Of a DNA stretch of 64,000 nucleotides, positions 62,749 through 64,000 are shown piece by piece. The DNA lies in IMG/VR virus record IMGVR_UViG_3300047560_001714, positions 1-64,000 of that record. One strand, given 5' to 3'. The position numbers were made by a program, and so were the translations under genes. The notes below the pieces were generated by a model. The model was not told where the DNA came from. It saw only the letters and a list, made by a program, of their open reading frames with translations, and searched no databases. The DNA is from a virus. Every line of letters starts with the position of its first letter. The stretch's first letter is position 1.

Positions 62749-63117
62749 GTGTCAGACAATATGAACAGAAAAATTACACCAGAAACATACAGTTATATCA
62801 ATTCAACATTAGAAAAGTTGAGATATGAAATAATGTATATAGATCACGGTGCAACACGCATAGCATTAATGGAACACCGTGACGCTATGAAACGTATTAT
62901 TGACGGGCATCCGTTTAAGACGATGTCCCCTCCTCTTCCACCACACAAACCGCAATATCGCAATCAAAACGGAATGACTGGATTTAATCCTCCACCTCCA
63001 TTAAAATCACTATATGAACTTCCTGATCCACCTGCAGGATTAGAGAGTTGTGATGCTTTTTGTAATGAACCTGTATTTCCACGTTGGATGTACGCACTAA
63101 TGGGGAGATTAAAATGA
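62749..63117 (+). CDS. Pro-rich hypothetical protein
   Basis: 122-aa ORF; start may be ATG 62761. Confidence 0.55.
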   Translation: MSDNMNRKITPETYSYINSTLEKLRYEIMYIDHGATRIALMEHRDAMKRIIDGHPFKTMSPPLPPHKPQYRNQNGMTGFNPPPPLKSLYELPDPPAGLESCDAFCNEPVFPRWMYALMGRLK

Positions 63118-63127
63118 GGATAGTAAG

Positions 63128-63358
63128 ATGAATTCTGATGTAATAGCATTTATAAGTGTATGGTGTGCTTATTTCTTTTTAAGCACGTGTGCCCTAGATT
63201 TCTTAAACATATTCGATGACAAGATTAAAGCGAAATGGTATTTTAAACCATTAACTATATTTTGTTTTTTCGTGTGGCCGGTACCAGTTGCATTATTGAT
63301 GGTGTATGCAATTGCGATTGTTCCTTTTGTCAAACTTTTTAAAACATTGAGAGGTTAA
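63128..63358 (+). CDS. Small two-TM membrane protein
   Basis: GAGGA RBS; hydrophobic. Confidence 0.6.
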   Translation: MNSDVIAFISVWCAYFFLSTCALDFLNIFDDKIKAKWYFKPLTIFCFFVWPVPVALLMVYAIAIVPFVKLFKTLRG

Positions 63359-63360
63359 TT

Positions 63361-63465
63361 ATGCCTTTAGTACCGATAGCGTTAGTAGTTGGAACCTTAT
63401 TTGGGGTTGCAATATCAAAAACAATAGATTCTTTCAAGAACATCGATAAGGTGAAAAAGAAATGA
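63361..63465 (+). CDS. Small single-TM protein MPLVPIALVVGTLFGVAISK... (34 aa; not in ORF track)
   Basis: GAGG RBS; ATGA overlap with the macrodomain gene. Confidence 0.55.
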   Translation: MPLVPIALVVGTLFGVAISKTIDSFKNIDKVKKK

Positions 63466-63902
63466 GAGTAATAACCGGAGATTTAATACAACTTGCATTA
63501 CAAGAACGATTTGATGTTATTGTGCATGGTTGTAATTGTTTTAATACAATGGGCGCAGGTATTGCTAAACAACTTGCAATGCGATGGCCACAAGTAGCAG
63601 AAGTTGATCGTACTACTAGCATGGCTGACAAAGCTAAACTTGGAACATTCACTGTTGCAGAAACTCCATGTTGTAAAGTAGTTAATGCGTATACGCAATA
63701 TCATTATGGACAAGCATTTGGTGTTCCTTTTGATTACCAAGCATTTGAAGAAGTATTACACAAGATAGGAAAACACTTTCCTAAAGATACTAAGTTTGGA
63801 TTTCCTATAGGCTGCGGATTAGCAGGTGGCGATCCAATTAAAGTAATGCTCATACTTTCTGAATGGGCAATCGACAGAGATGTTATCTTGGTACGATTGT
63901 AA
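63462..63902 (+). CDS. Macrodomain (ADP-ribose binding/hydrolase) protein
   Basis: ITGDL, IVHGCNCFNTMGAGIAKQLA, VVNAYTQY and FPIGCGLAGG motifs. Confidence 0.88.
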   Translation: MRVITGDLIQLALQERFDVIVHGCNCFNTMGAGIAKQLAMRWPQVAEVDRTTSMADKAKLGTFTVAETPCCKVVNAYTQYHYGQAFGVPFDYQAFEEVLHKIGKHFPKDTKFGFPIGCGLAGGDPIKVMLILSEWAIDRDVILVRL

Positions 63903-63911
63903 GGAACCAGT

Positions 63912-64000
63912 ATGGAATCTCATAAAAGAACCGCAATAAAAACTATAACCTATCGTTTTTTCGCTTGGTTATTAACTATCGCGTTAACATTTTTCTATAC
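63912..64000 (+). CDS. DUF2061-like small membrane protein, 3' truncated
   Basis: MESHKRTAIKTITYRFFAWLLT; AAGGA RBS. Confidence 0.6.
   Translation, partial: MESHKRTAIKTITYRFFAWLLTIALTFFY

Overview
An AT-rich segment of a large (jumbo-type) tailed dsDNA phage genome, not a bacterial chromosome. Genes are tightly packed and use the standard genetic code. A recurring TAAATA late-promoter motif and several near-consensus sigma70 early promoters are present. Layout: 1-5.8 kb has accessory and lysis-type genes plus hemA (5-aminolevulinate synthase). 5.8-31.2 kb is a virion module with two collagen-like fibres, three >1000-aa Thr/Ser/Gly-rich proteins, a beta-helix spike, small putative head proteins and a probable -1 programmed frameshift at 27925-27934. 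31.4-36.8 kb has nrdA/nrdB/glutaredoxin/PAAR. 36.8-46 kb has a structured RNA leader plus rlpA, ribosomal protein bS21, an exoribonuclease, NadM-Nudix and a helicase-methyltransferase pair. 46-50 kb has dnaK-hsp20-clpS-heme oxygenase-bilin reductase. 50-59 kb has a curli-like cassette (csgF, csgG, two curlin-like genes, FecR), a 24-aa PqqA precursor missed by the ORF track, a RimK-like ligase, a GP88-like protein and a CHASE2 adenylate cyclase split in two by an intronless GIY-YIG endonuclease. 60-64 kb has a QueC-like gene, a circularly permuted two-piece tmRNA with a 21-aa tag, and a macrodomain gene. All family calls come from recognising motifs by eye. No database searches were run, so novelty statements are unverified.
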